From: Camelus ferus
Taxonomy: Eukaryota
NCBI RefSeq assembly: GCF_009834535.1
Contig: NC_045697.1
Coordinates: forward strand, 55,368,001 to 55,432,000
Length of the DNA: 64,000 bases
Reading direction: 5' to 3'
The stretch's first letter is position 1; every line of letters starts with the position of its first letter. Of this stretch, positions 38,641 through 51,640 are shown piece by piece. The position numbers and the translations under genes were made by a program. The notes below the pieces were generated by a model, which saw only the letters and a list, made by a program, of their open reading frames with translations, was not told the DNA's origin and did no database searches.

Positions 38641-39229
38641 AATTGAAAGAGGTTCTTAACAAGTAATGAACATATTAAACACAGAAAAGATTATTCTGCT
38701 GATTAAATTACATGTTAGTTTGAATTTAAGCCATCTTGGTCTACAGCACACCAAGATGCTTCCCCCAAGCAACCAATAGTAAGAGAAGAGCTTAAACTTC
38801 TGAGGAAATATATCACGTTTTTCAAGTTCAAGAGAAACATGGTTGCAAGATGCATTATTCTGTGTTTGCAGCATAAAATTTGAAACTGCAAATTTAAGAT
38901 GACCAGAAAATAAATTACTATTGACATTTTTGCATGCTCTGTGGAAGACTTGCATTTGTGGTCATCATCTGGGAGGCCCAGTAACAGCCATTGAAGCCAC
39001 CAGTGGAAGCCAGTTTGCATGGCAGGCATGGTGGAGGGAGCAGTGTCAGGTAGTGCTGTAACTAACATGAAATATATGAAATTAGGATACTTCAGAGGCA
39101 GGAAGATCTGTATTGTTACGAGCAAGTTCCAAACAGCCATGCCACTGTGAATAATAAAATAAACTTTTTATTGTGATGGGAGATGTGAAATTATTGAGCA
39201 ATAACATATTTGACAATAAAGAATATTAA

Positions 39230-39251
39230 AACACACACACACACACACACA
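39230..39251. repeat. (AC)n microsatellite
   Basis: Direct reading. Confidence 0.9.
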
Positions 39252-40650
39252 AAACTTCTGTCAAGAAGCCCCTTTGTCCTAAGAGTGGCCCCAGTGTTGA
39301 GCTTCCCATAGGACTTGGAAAGGAAACTGGAACTGTGCTATTTAGTATTAAGAGAAAGAATAACCCCAATAGTTCTGGAGACTTGTCTACTTCTGGTTTA
39401 CACTAATTACATATTCTCATCCTTTCAACCTAGGTTTCTCAGCCTGGGTTTTATTCCATGTACTCGGTAGTTAATATCTGACAGGTACGCATACTGCTAT
39501 CGAAAAGCGAGTAAGTGGGGAAGAGTTCTCAAAACTCAGATATTCGGATGCCTGTTTCTCTGCTCTTTACGCTAAAGTAAGTGATGTCTTGTTCGGAAGT
39601 TTAGCTTTGTCGACAGCAACAGATAGTCTTACAAGTTCTACTCATTTTTCTCTATCCTGAGCATAGATCATGTGGCCATAGGGTCATCTGACGTGTTCAA
39701 TTCAACAAGATAGAGAGATACTTTAAAGGGGGTAATAAAGATAAACTCTTCACCCTGGGCTCACATGCACTGTGCTTTCTAGGGTGTCTATAGGATTATT
39801 AGCTGCTTGATTTTGACAGGCCTCAGTGAGATTCATGGATGCCTTACTGAGACACTGCTTTACAATTTAATAGCAGCTCTTCCTACATCAGCCTTGCATT
39901 AAATAAGGACACAACAAGATTGGATAGCAGCCTGAGTGGCTTCACAGTAATACTGAAATACTAAACCCAGGAGCCATATATCTAGATATCTGGGGTTTTT
40001 GAGTGCTAATTTCAGATTCTTTATTGTTATCAAAGAACCCTTAATTTTTTGAAGCAAATGTTAGTGGATTTTTAATAAACAATGTGTAAAGTACATAATG
40101 AATGTGCTGTATGCTTTACTTTTTAAAAACAAATGCAAAATCAGGGGATTCTCCTAAAGGTGCATAGAAAAAAAAGGTAATTGCAAATGAAAGGGAATTT
40201 CTCTTGGTAATCATTGATAACCACTAAATATACAGATAGAACGCATTTTATTTCTCCAAAAGATCAGAAATAGTAAATCTAACTAAGAATAATTAGAGTA
40301 AATAACATGATACTACACCTGTGCTTTCTGAATTTCTTTATTGCTCCATTTTGAAGTACATTACTCTTGGTCTACATACATGATGTATTTTAAAGAAATG
40401 TAGTTTTCAGACCTAATGCTTTATTTTGGGGGTATAAGTTTTAAAGATATCCTTTTAGAAATGATTTCACAAAATAGGAAAAGTGGCAAGAATTAGAATT
40501 ACATAAAGAAAATGTCAAGTTGGAGTGTAGACTTGCAAAGGAAAACAAAAGGCTGAGGAATGCTTGGTGGGCCAGCACAATGATTATCATAGAGTTAAAC
40601 TTAATTAAAAGCTGCAACAAACAAAAAATAAGTAAGTGAGTCAGGAAAGT

Positions 40651-40696
40651 AAGACTGAACATACTGAAGATACAAGACTGAACATACTGAAGATAT
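40651..40696. repeat. 23-bp tandem duplication
   Basis: AAGACTGAACATACTGAAGATA(C/T) occurs twice. Confidence 0.92.
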
Positions 40697-41009
40697 AAAT
40701 AAATGGGGATCCTGGAGTATTTTAGTTTTCCCATGACAAGTGAAAAAGGAAATGACAATTCTACATGCATAAAATAATTCAAACTACATGTAATTCAGAA
40801 ATACCTAAGTCCTTTTAGTTGTCTTAAGCTTTTACTCTGAAATTTTTGCAGACTTACATGTCACTAAACATGTCGCCAAATTTATCACCAGATATTTTGT
40901 ATTTCTAACAACACAGAAAACAATCTGGAGTTTGCTATAAAATATTTTAAAACTTTCTAAAATTGTGTTAAAGTATAAAGCATTTACTTAGGGGTCACAG
41001 TGGTATACC

Positions 41010-41490
41010 TCCCAGCATCCATGTAATCTTAGAAGGCTGTCTGTAGCCAGCCAAATACATGTCTTTTTTTCTTGTCAGTGACTGTGATAGGAATGGACAT
41101 GTATTCTAGTTCTGTCCATGGAATCATAAATTAAAATAATATTAGATGTTCCCAGAAAGATTTTCTCATTCCTCATAGAAAAACACAGAGATGGATGACT
41201 TCTTGATCATTAGGATATCAGATGCTTATATCTGGCCCTTGCCCCCCAAAATAATGGCAGGCATTGGGCAACCACAAGGGAAAATAGAAGGTAATGATGA
41301 GAACATTATAATAGAAAGATGAAAAGGATCTAGGTCTTTGATGATATTACTGAATTGCTGATCAAATTATATCTTGTGGGGGGAGGTCTATGCTAAATTT
41401 GGGAACTTTGAGAAAATAGAATTTTTTGATGTTTTAGCTATTTTGAATTGTGATTCTCTGAGTATTCCTATTTAAAGCATCATGATGTAT
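41010..41490 (+). mobile_element. Old MaLR LTR (MLT1J-like)
   Basis: AGTGACTGTGATAGGAATGGACATGT...TAGAAAGATGAAAAGGATCTAGGTCTTTGATGATATTACTGAATTGCTG. Confidence 0.6.
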
Positions 41491-41606
41491 AAAAGTAAAT
41501 TTTAAAATTGAAAGTCAGCCAACTAATTCCTTACTTATAAAGATAATTGGGATAAATACCTAAATTAAAATATATATAAAGTGTATATAAAATTATATGT
41601 GTATCA

Positions 41607-41609
<3 letters not shown>

Positions 41610-41658
<49 letters not shown>
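41610..41658. repeat. (TA)n microsatellite, about 24 units
   Basis: Direct reading. Confidence 0.95.
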
Positions 41659-41661
<3 letters not shown>

Positions 41662-43966
41662 CCATTCTTATACTTAATCTGATTATTTTTGGAAGGATTT
41701 TTCTCAAAGTCAAATAATAGCAAAGATGATCCTACCTAAAATTGCCTCCTCTCCTTGAATGTCCTCTGCTATCTGATCTATCCAGATTTTTTTTGGAGGG
41801 GTGAAGGCTGTTTGCTGTTCGTTAATTCTTTTATTGGCACTGTCTGTATCCACATTTGAACCTATTTCCCATCCATTTCAGTAGTTCTCTGCTCCTTCTA
41901 CCTGTGCTGTCCTTGTAAATCAATAGCTTTGTGTAAGACAAAAGCTTTCCTCAGACCTGGATAGATTGTCACTAGTATGTTGTTCGTTTTATTATTTATT
42001 TATTGTGGGAAAAATTTATAATAAATATATCCAACTGAGTTTTACTTGATTATAGTTTAGTAGCCAAATAAGACTACTCATCATCATGGGAGAACATTCT
42101 TTAATTTAATCAATTTTAGGGAATTGATGATCTGTCTGTACATGGAAAGAGGAATATCTATCACAAGGCACATTTTCCCAGGAGGTCTCAGGGTGATTCT
42201 GTGAAGCTGAGCACATTATTCCATTAATTTACATTTTCAATTTCCTCATGGTACATATTAAAGATGGTTTTGTTTGGGAAGATGTAAAACATGAGAAAGT
42301 GCTTTAAGAGGTTTTTGTTGTTCTAGGTTAATGGCCCAATTAACTTTAGTTATACCTGCTTTCTTATTCAAGCAATTGGGAAACAGGGACTATTAGGGAC
42401 TTCGTTAATATCATGCCACATTTTTAACAGTTTATTTTAATCTATTGCCATTAATCTATTGTAGTTGAAAAAAATGTCATCTTCTTCCTTCATGCATAAC
42501 AGGCTGTACTTCTGGCATTTATGTGTATATACAGGATTAGATTTGTTGGCAAGTTGAGAATAGAAATGAACTAAGAACTGGAATTCCTTTATGTTGTTAA
42601 ACCAAAAACAATGATAAACCAACAAAATAAATACTTACCTACATATTACAAGAACAAGAAATAATGTATTGTTTATGCAATAAATGAAACAGAATTCGTA
42701 ATTTAATCTCTAAGCTAAAAGAAATGATTTTACATAATACAAGCCACAACTTGTGTGACACCCCTGTAAATATATATTTTTTTATATAACCACTAATATT
42801 TAGAAATTGATTTTAGTACAGGTCTGAAATCCTTTCAAAACAAAAATGAGATGTACTTCAGAATTTCTTTTTTTTTTTTTAGCAAAGATAAGATATTGGC
42901 TAAGTTTATTGTGTAACACTCCCATCAGGATCTGGGGCAGCACCCCATAATGATTCATATTTATGCAGTGGAAGATATGAATATTTGCAATATGTGGGAC
43001 TATAAATAGCCTCTTTTCACTTCAGATCAGCATTTGTCATCAAAATGTTTATTGTAAACATAGAAAAAAAATCTTTCCATTTTCAGAGAGATTTTGAGAA
43101 TGGGATTGTGACTTGGAATTAAAAATCTGTATTTAGTTTAGCATGCATCTCATAATAGATTAATAGATGTTTGCCAAATGCATCTGGGATGGGAACTAAT
43201 TAAGAACATTTTTAGTATTATAATGAGGAAGCACAGAACTTGAAGTTGGAAGATTTTTTTTCTTCTAGTCTTATGTCTTTTACTAAAGTCCTCTGGCTAT
43301 TGACAGGTCATATTTATTTGGGCTTTGAATTAATATAATTTTGACAATGAGATGGGAAATAACAGACTTTGGCATATTTCTGTTCTAGATACCGTACATA
43401 TAAATACTGTAGGTCTGGTAATTCTGAAAATGTATTGTGTTTCTATCACATGACAGGCAAACTTTGATGATAATGTTGACTCTTTGAAAACTATGATCTT
43501 GACTAAGAAATTTTTAATAAAATCTAAATGAAATAAAATGGATAATTTGCAAGAAATTATTTTCTTGCTTTTCTAATCCCACCACATTTAAATAGAATCT
43601 GTGTCAGTACTAAATTTCCTTCAGGAGTTTTAGATTGGCCTTTACACTTTTTTAGTCTTTCCATTAAACCTGGGGAGTTTATTTCTTTGCCCAGAAAATA
43701 TAGAAACTATTGTATTGATAGAATAGTCACTTTGGTCAATATTGGAGAATGAGAAAGAGAGACAATTAAAAAATCATTTCTTCGGAATAAAAATAACTAA
43801 AACCAAAGTCAAGTTTGAAGAAACTCTAGAATAAGGAAATTTGATTTGTTGTGCTTTTATCTACTTTCGTATTTTAGCTTAATAACCTCATTTCAAAGTG
43901 TGTATCTTCTTTCATGGTCATTGACAGCCTACACTTACTCTAAAAGAATTTGAGAATATGTCTTTT

Positions 43967-44358
43967 CTTTTGCTGTGGTAAAATATACATAATAAAACTC
44001 TCCCCAAATAGTTAAATGATAAATTTTATCTGTGACCTTAAGCACATTTACCATTGCTGTGTGTCTGTCACCACCATCCATTATCAGATTTTTTTCATCT
44101 ACCCAAACTGAGTGTCTGCATCCCTTAAATAATAACCTCCTATCACGTTCTCATCCCAGCCCCTGGCAGCCATCATTCCACATTCAGTGTCTATGAATTT
44201 GACTACTCTAGGTACATCACGAAGTTAGAATCATACAATTTTTGTCCTTTTGTGCCTACCTTACTATCACTTAACATACTGTCTTTAATAAATGCTGTAT
44301 TGTAGCATATGTCAGACTTTTATTCCTTTTTTAGACAAAATAATATTCCATTATATAA
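43967..44358 (-). mobile_element. 5'-truncated L1MB-like 3' end
   Basis: TGTGGTAAAATATACATAA...CCCAGCCCCTGGCAGCCATCATTC...TCTATGAATTTGACTACTCTAGGTAC. Possible TSD AATATGTCTTTT/AGTATGCCTTTT. Confidence 0.85.
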
Positions 44359-45509
44359 AGTATGCCTTTTATGTAAATAATCTGCCTCTATGTTTTTGTT
44401 TAGTGCTTGTGGTGGTACAGTAGCCTTTTATGGTGCAGTATTGTTAATGCATGTGCTTGTGCTCTCAAGGTCATGAAAATCAATGACAGTATTTCCTCTT
44501 GACCTGGTGAGATACATCCATCCTAGTCTAAACCAACACCAAAGCATAAAACCAGAAAGTGACGTGATCCACACATAGATGAAATCATTAAGTGTTAACC
44601 ACAGATTAAAAAAAAAAAAAACGATTTACTATTTATGGGGTAGGTCAAAATATTTAGTTGGAAATTAACAATTCAGTTTAATAACCAAACTATTTTAGAG
44701 ATGATATTTGACTTTTATTTTTACAAGGTTATTAAAATTTCCTGCTGACTTTATTATCAATCATCAAAAGTTCTGGAGTTTTAACAGACATTTTCTTGCT
44801 CCTATATGTATCTCTCTCTGCTCAGTTGACACCCAAGATGAAAGTCCCTAAGAAAGGCCCAAATATTGTCTGCATATTAAGTTTTATATATTCTTATTAA
44901 TTTGGTGGATCTTTACTAGTTTTTAGCCAAGTAAATAGATTTCATATTCCTCCAAGTTATATTTTAAGTTCGCATGTTGTGTGAGTACAGAGGCCAAGGA
45001 ATGTCAGTATCAAGTAAATTGCATTGACAGTTTTTGATCAAACTAAGCTTTTTGTAGGACCTGCATTTTTCAAATCTTCCTATATCTGCTACATTATTAT
45101 GTTCAAAAGAACTTTGATCATATTTTATAGGCATTTTATTTACATACTTATATCAATAATGAAAATACTTTGAGAACCAAATTTAAATTCCACAGTGAGT
45201 GCAGACTGAAAGGGTTAAAAACTAGTATGAGCTCCGATTTGAAGTAATTAACTTAGTAATTGTCAGGGATGAATAAGTAGAGCATGGGAAAAATATTCAT
45301 TATGTGCATAAAGGAAGCTCTGGATTCCCAATTAACATTAAAGCAGCATCAGCATAAAATGAGCATTAATATTCCACGGTGTAATTGGCGAACTTGGTGG
45401 TATGATGTTTTTGTTTGTTTGCTTCTTTTCCCCACTTTAGCTATTCTCAGGAAGGTGCCGTTATTCCTGGCTGACTGGGAGGGAACATGGTTTTTGCTAT
45501 GTTCTACTC

Positions 45510-45930
45510 CTACTCCTACTAATAGCCACAGGCTTTTATTATCTACTTAACATAATCCGTGCTGAACACCTTCCGTGGATTATCTTGTTCAGTTTTCAGC
45601 ATAGTCCTATGAAGTAAATAGTGTTTTTATATTCATTTTGCAAACAGGATTTTGTATGTCTTTTGTAAGGGCATCAGACAGATGGCTATGTCAACATGTA
45701 TAATTTCTATTAGGAACTCTTCTGTCACTCATACTTTTTATTATGTTTGACATGTTCCAAATACTTTTATGTGCATTGTCTCAACATCAACAAAGGAATC
45801 CTGTGTAATAGTTATTATCTGGATTTCAGATGAGGGAACCCAGACTCAGAAAAATTAATTAAGTTGCTACAATGACAAAATTAGGAAGTAATTCACTTCT
45901 CAAATAAACACACCTCTCTTTCTATTATTT
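45510..45930 (-). mobile_element. Two MIR fragments
   Basis: CCTATGAAGTAAATAG...CATTTTGCAAACAGG and TTTCAGATGAGGGAACCCAGACTCAGAAAAATTAA cores. Confidence 0.55.
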
Positions 45931-46442
45931 AATGCCTCAAATATTAGTTTTTATTTGAAAAGACATAAAGTACAGCAAATTTTGTGTAACCTAGTGATTG
46001 GTTGAGTGCCACACGTTTTTCTAACTTTGAACTGATTATACATAGGTAAAATTGAGGTTCAGAATAAAAGTCTGTGGTCCAGTTTATTCCTAAAAATTAA
46101 GAAATCTGACCACATAATAGCAACCAGATGGGACCGAACAGGGCTGCCTCCTCAGAAGGGACATGAGCTGTTGAGTTCACAGTCATGAACACTAGGCTAC
46201 TGCTCTTCTAACTTACCTGCATCTGAGTTTATTTGAATCTTATATAGTTGAATCGTTGTGTCAGAAGAAACTCTCTCTCTACCAGATGGTACACTATTTT
46301 TAAATTTGGAAAATGAATCTCTGTACCCTTCCATTTATGAAAGTCCTACTAAACTCTTAAGACACAAGTTGGTCCCTTCTCCATGAAGATGTCTTCGCAG
46401 ATAATTTTAGCACGTTGTAATGCCTCCTTGATCCAAACCCCC

Positions 46443-46998
46443 CATTACAGCCAAAATTACACTGGAAAGTGTTAAACGGGGAAGGGAGACTTTATTCAAG
46501 GCTACTGCAATAGGAGAAAGAGACCAGAACACAGTCTGAGCTCAACTCTACTAGACAAAAGACAGAGGTTGAGCTACTGCAAAAGTACTGGAGAATAGTA
46601 GGAGAGAGAAAGACCATTGGGACGTGTGGATCCCATTGAGTTAGTTCTGGTTTTGCAAATGCTTTCCTCTCTGATTATGCTGTCTGTGTTTGTTCATGGC
46701 ACTGGCCCATGCATTGGAGATCTCTACCATTTCACAGAGATTGGGTGATAGGGGGTCTATCTTCTTTGGTGACTATATTTCAAAGAGATGGTTCCTAGGT
46801 CCTTGAGAAAGATATAGTTGGGTTGTAGATCAGACAAGAGACTTTTAAAGAGGTTTGTATCTCAAAGGGGTAGAAAAGGAATTTACTGTTAAACATTTTC
46901 TAAGTTAAATACTCTAAGAAAAGGGAGATCAAGTGCATAGAGTTAGAAGACTTAAAAGATTAGTCAAGCTGAAGAGAACATTAAGGCAGTCTTGTTCG
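46443..46998 (-). mobile_element. ERV1 solo LTR (MER31/MER67/MER90 group)
   Basis: GACTTTATTCAAGGCTACTGCAATAGG and ATCTCAAAGGGG...TTTTCTAAG..AAATACTCTAAGAAAAGGGAG...TAGTCAAGCTGAAGAGAACATTAAGGCAGTC. Flanked by CCCC on both sides. Confidence 0.82.
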
Positions 46999-47361
46999 CC
47001 CCATATAACTACTTGTGGCAGTGACTGACAATGATTGGTCAATGTTTGTTGCTCCCTTTTTTTCCTTTAGTAATTAGAATTCAGTTTGATGCTAGGCCAG
47101 GACTGAGCTGGTAATGACAACATATCCCAGCCCTGTTGCCAGTGAGTAAGAAAGACCTAATTCTGGACAATGAGAAGTGAGTGGACATAAGGTGTGCTAC
47201 CTCCAGAAAGGAAAAAGGCTTACCCTCTCTTTTGCCTTCTCCAAGCCCTGCTGGATGGAATGTGGACAGGAGAGTAGAAGTTGGAACAGACATTGTAGTT
47301 TACGACACAAAAGTTACGTGTTGTGGATGGCAGAGTGAGATGATAGAAGGATACTGAGTCC

Positions 47362-48257
47362 TGTTAAAATATAATGCTTTGAAGGTAAAATCCTGACCCT
47401 TCTACAGATATACAAATCAACATGTACTTAGGATTTTATTTAAATCATTAATGAGGAAACTCGTAAAGTGTTAATTGTTCAAAGTATTATGCAGTCCAAG
47501 CTCATACTGCTCGCCACACTACAGATCAGTGAATTGAAAGACAAGTTGTTGGGCAAGGAATAGCTACTTTATTCGGAAAGCCAGCAGACCAAGAAGATGG
47601 AGGGCTAATATCCCAAAGAACTGTCTTCTCTGAGTTAGAATTCAGGCTTCTTTTATACTAAAAGGGGTAAGGCAGTGTGGTTAGTTGTTACAAACTTCTT
47701 GGTGTCAGAATCCTTTGTTCTTACAGCTATCCACATAGGTCAGGTCATCATGTTCCTGTAAATCTCCAACAAGACAAAGGTTATTCTCTGTTCTGCAACT
47801 TTTTGTTTTTATAACAATGGAAAAGTGTTATAATTTTAAAGGTTAGAGCCTTGAGAATGGGCTATCCTGTATATTTCAGGCTACAGGCAACATTTTTAAC
47901 TTGTAGTAAAAACAGTAGAATACACAGGTTAAAGTAAAAGAAACAGTTGCAATATGGAGTCAGATTGTTCTTCTCTATTACAAAAGGAGAATCTGAACAA
48001 CAGGACATTTATAAATCCGGAGTATTATAGTTAATGTGAAAATAGGGGCAAAAGTAGGAGAGTATAGTTTATCTTTTCACACCAGATAAATCTGTATATG
48101 TATAGAGAAGCGTCATTTTATACTGTTGTCAATTATCTACAATTAAAAGAGCTGTAAAATAGCTCCTACAGAATCAGTATCAAATTACTCCGAAGGGTAC
48201 ACTGTAGACAATGCATAGTTTTCCCTTGAGTACTTTTCCCCCCTCTTTTTCCTTACA
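47362..48257 (-). mobile_element. ERV1-class solo LTR (middle layer of the nest)
   Basis: TGTTAAAAT...CCTTACA termini, TTTATT near the left end, TSD GTCC/GCCC. Confidence 0.65.
47485..47982 (-). mobile_element. ERV1-class solo LTR (innermost, youngest layer)
   Basis: TCCAAGCTCATACTGCTCGCC...ACTTTATTCGGAAAGCCAGCAGACC...CTTTTATACTAAAAGGGG...CTATTACA. Perfect 4-bp TSD AAAG at 47481-84 and 47983-86. Confidence 0.85.
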
Positions 48258-49330
48258 GCCCCCAACTTTGTTCAGCTGCCACATCATTCTTGGGATGCTT
48301 AGGCTGTCATATGAGAGGAATGTAAACTTACATATTTTTAAGCAGCTGTATGTTTTGTTTGTTACATATTTACCCTTTGATACAGTGGCCAGACCTTAAG
48401 TTAAATATGATTCACTGGTTATTAAATGTACATTATCATGAAATATCTCATTATAGTCTTTTTAAAAAATCATGTGAATGAGGGTAAAATGTCTTATACT
48501 TTCTTGACTCCCTCTCATTCCAATTATTTTGACTCACCATAGAGATATTCTGCAAATATTAGTAGACTAATTATTTAGAACCTAATTTGACATTATTCTA
48601 AAAAAAAAAATGTGTGAGCAGCAAGATTGAAATATTTAATTCCACCTTCTGTGAAATAAGCTTATAAAGGGAATCTAGGCTTTTCAATTATTTAAAAATG
48701 GAAGATGTCAGCATAACTGCTCCCCATCTAGTGCTAATATGAACTGTACTAGTGCTTTGAGCCTTGAAAATTTTCCATAAAAGAAGATTTTAGATATATC
48801 TTCATAGCAAAGCACCTGGGAACAGAGTTGGAGGATCTCAAAAATAATTTACCACCGCTTCTTCTAAGTCTCAAATTATGTAGTAAAATTGAAGTGCTAA
48901 AGTTTTTCAGAAACCAAATATACATGTTATGACATTTACTAGTGTCATTGAGTACAATGTATATGTAGGTAATTAAACTGTATCTAACCCAGAAGTATTC
49001 TTTTTACCACTAAAATTGTAAGTGAATCTACTATTTCACCAAAACTTCTACTTGAGAGGCTAGTAGAAGTCTAATTAATTCATTTGTATTTTCCCACCTT
49101 CAATCCACATCAAGTAATCCTATAATTAGAGTGAATGCGCAAGAAGATTTTTAATTCAAGACATACTGTTCATTTTCCAGAAGTAATTTAGAAATTATCT
49201 AATATGTAATAATGATGTAACAACTACTAATAACAGCATTATTAATAGCTAACTTACTACTTACCCAGTACCTTGCAAAGAATTCATGTGGGATATAAAC
49301 CTCACCACAAATGTTCATGTATTTATTTTG

Positions 49331-50280
49331 AAAAATGGGTAGAAGATCTAAATAGACATTTCTCCAAAGAAGACATCCAGATGGCCAATAAGTATATGAA
49401 AAGATGCTCAATTTCACTAATTATTAGAGAAGTGCAAATCCAAATTACAATGAGTTATCACCTCAAACCTGTCATAATGGCCATCAATAAAAAGTCTACA
49501 AATAATAAATGTCGAAAAGGGTGTGGAGAAAAAGAAACTCTTCTACACTTTTGGGCGGAATGTAAATAGGTGCAGCCATTATGGAGAACAGTATGGAGGT
49601 TCCTTAAAAAACTAAAAATAGTTATCATATGATCCAACAATCCCACTCCTATATATTTGGAGAACACTCTTATCCAAAGAGACACATGCACCCCAATGTT
49701 CATAGTAGCACTATTTACAATAGCAAAGACATAGAAACAACCTAAATGTCCATCGACAGATGAATGGATAAAGAGGATGTGGTGTGTGTGTATACATATA
49801 TATATCTAAAAAATATATATAATGGAGTATATATATATAATAGATTACTACTCAGGCATAAAAAACAATAAAATAGTGTCATTTGCAGCAACACGAATGG
49901 ATGTAGAAATTGTCATTCTAAGTGAAATAAGCCAGAAAGAGAAAGAAAAATACCATGTGATATCATTAAAAGACACAAATGAACTTATTTACAAAACAAA
50001 CACTCACAGACATAGAGTACAAATTTATGGTTACCGGAGGGAAAGGAGGCTGGAAAGGATAAATCGGGAGTTTGAGATTTGCAGATACTAACTACTATAT
50101 ATAAAATAAACAACAATTTCTTCTGTATAGCAAAGAGAACTATATTCAATATCTTGTAGTAACCTATAATAAAAATAATACGAAAAGGAATATATATGTA
50201 TATATATGATTGAAACATTATGCAGTATACCAGAAATTGACACAACATTGTAAACTGACTATACTTCAATTAAAAAAAAA
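49331..50280 (+). mobile_element. 5'-truncated camelid-type LINE-1 (ORF2 C-terminus, 3' UTR, poly-A)
   Basis: Translation [47 protein letters not shown]...[16 protein letters not shown] matches the L1 ORF2 C-terminal region. Ends TTGTAAACTGACTATACTTCAATTAAAAAAAAA. Confidence 0.95.
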
Positions 50281-50287
50281 TTTTTTT

Positions 50288-51640
50288 AATAGTTATTCAT
50301 TTTCTGCATGCCTAAGCATTATTTGGTCATTAGTAGTACAGAAATGAACCAGTCTGAGGGTTCCTGAGCTAATGGAGCCAGGTTGCTGTCCCCCCATGTT
50401 CAGAAGAACACCCTCTTGGTTTTAAATCTCTGATTTTGCCATCTTGAAATATGTAATGTTATTACTGAGCTTCTATTTTGTATTTGAAGGCTGATGTGAA
50501 ACTGCAATAAGAAAACATGCTCAGAAGGGTACATATAGTCTGCATGTTTCCTTTCTATACCACTCACGTATAGCATTCATGAAGCTACTTGACCCTGGAA
50601 TTCTGGTGGACCATTGATGTACAAAGATTCAGTGGGACTCAAAGCAAGTAACAAGATAAATAACTTATGGAGGCCACCAACCACTTATGCAGAAAATGTT
50701 GGCAGAGAAGGAAAGGGGAAGATACTGTAACCCATAGTTCCTTTTCCTTCAGTGCTTCCTTACCTTCAGGAAGCCAAAGGTGGAGTGTATTGGTAGAATG
50801 TGCCTGTATCAAAAAGTCAAATAAAAAGAGTGGGGTCGTGTAATGTTTCCACTCTTCTGGGTAGATTGATATGTATGAACTATTTAATTTCTTTGTGTTT
50901 TTTTGTTTTTTTTTTGCATGAGGTAAATGTTCCCACATTTTCATTTAAAATGTCATTGCACAATAAAAAGAACTATAAAATTCATGCTAATATATTACAA
51001 ATATTTACTTAGAATTACATTAGATACCAGATAAAAAACATGAAAATTTGAAAGAGAGAGATCACAGAAAAAAGAAGAAAACTTTGCTTAGTGCTTGTTT
51101 TTGATCAAGAAGCCTCAAATTTTCATTTTTCACTGGGCCCCATCAATTTTGTAAGTTGCTTCATTTAGAGCTTACATTCTTAAGAGGAAACAAGCAGTAA
51201 AGAAACCATTAGAATTACAGATATGGAAGTGTTATCATGTAGGAAGGGAATAGATAGTGGTGAGGGGAAAAGGGTATTTCAGGTAGGGATTTCAGGGAAA
51301 GGATTCGACCTTTTTGAGAACGTGACATTATAGCAGAGACTAGAGTGGTGAGGAGAAGCCAAGCATGGCAGTACGTGTGGAACACCTAGGAAGGAGGGAA
51401 CAGCACAGGGAAAAGCCTAGATATATGGGAAATGGCTTCAGGAGTTCCCCAGATGGAAGAAAAGGCCATTTTGACATGAGTAGAGTGAGCCAGAAGCAGA
51501 TTGTTATGGAGGGGAGGGGAGAGGAGGGAGGACCATTTCAAGGGGCAGCCAAGCCCTAGGAATGGGTTTGCGATTTTCACTAAGTGGAGTGAATGGAAGC
51601 TCCCAGGTTTTTGAGTAGGAAAGTGATGTAGTCGGATAAA
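50288..51640 (-). mobile_element. L2 3' portion, split by MER45 (parts about 50288-50378 and 51164-51640)
   Basis: TACAGAAATGAACCAG...TGGAGC // GAGCTTACATTCT continuity, and GTTTTTGAGTAGGAAAGTGATGTAGTC. Confidence 0.65.
50379..51163. mobile_element. MER45-family (hAT-Tip100) DNA transposon, long variant
   Basis: 5' part TCAGAAGAACACCCTCTTGGTTTTAAATCTCTG...GCCATCTTGAAAT. 3' part TTTTCATTTTTCACTGGGCCCCATCAATTTTGTA. Confidence 0.75.

Larger units (their letters stand above)
47014..48415 (+). mobile_element. Old MaLR LTR (MLT1I/J-like) split by nested LTRs (host parts 47014-47361 and 48258-48415)
   Basis: TGTGGCAG start, TTCTGGACAATGAGAAGTGAG, GGATGGCAGAGTGAGATGATAGAAGG. Resumes with ATATGAGAGGAATGTAAACTT...TTTAAGCAGCTG. 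Confidence 0.7.

Noticed and set aside
38715..39140. 141-aa minus-strand ORF
   Set aside because: No recognisable domain, Leu/Phe-rich composition typical of chance ORFs, and no supporting splice structure.
35097..40696. CRISPR-like direct repeats
   Set aside because: Each is a two-copy tandem duplication without spacers, the units are unrelated, and the context is mammalian.
49044..49070. Hairpin ACTTCTACT-N9-AGTAGAAGT
   Set aside because: A 9-bp stem is expected by chance in 64 kb and is too short for a pre-miRNA.
49273..50091. ORFs with clear protein similarity
   Set aside because: They are the ORF2 C-terminus of a 5'-truncated L1 with stops and frameshifts, annotated above as a mobile element.
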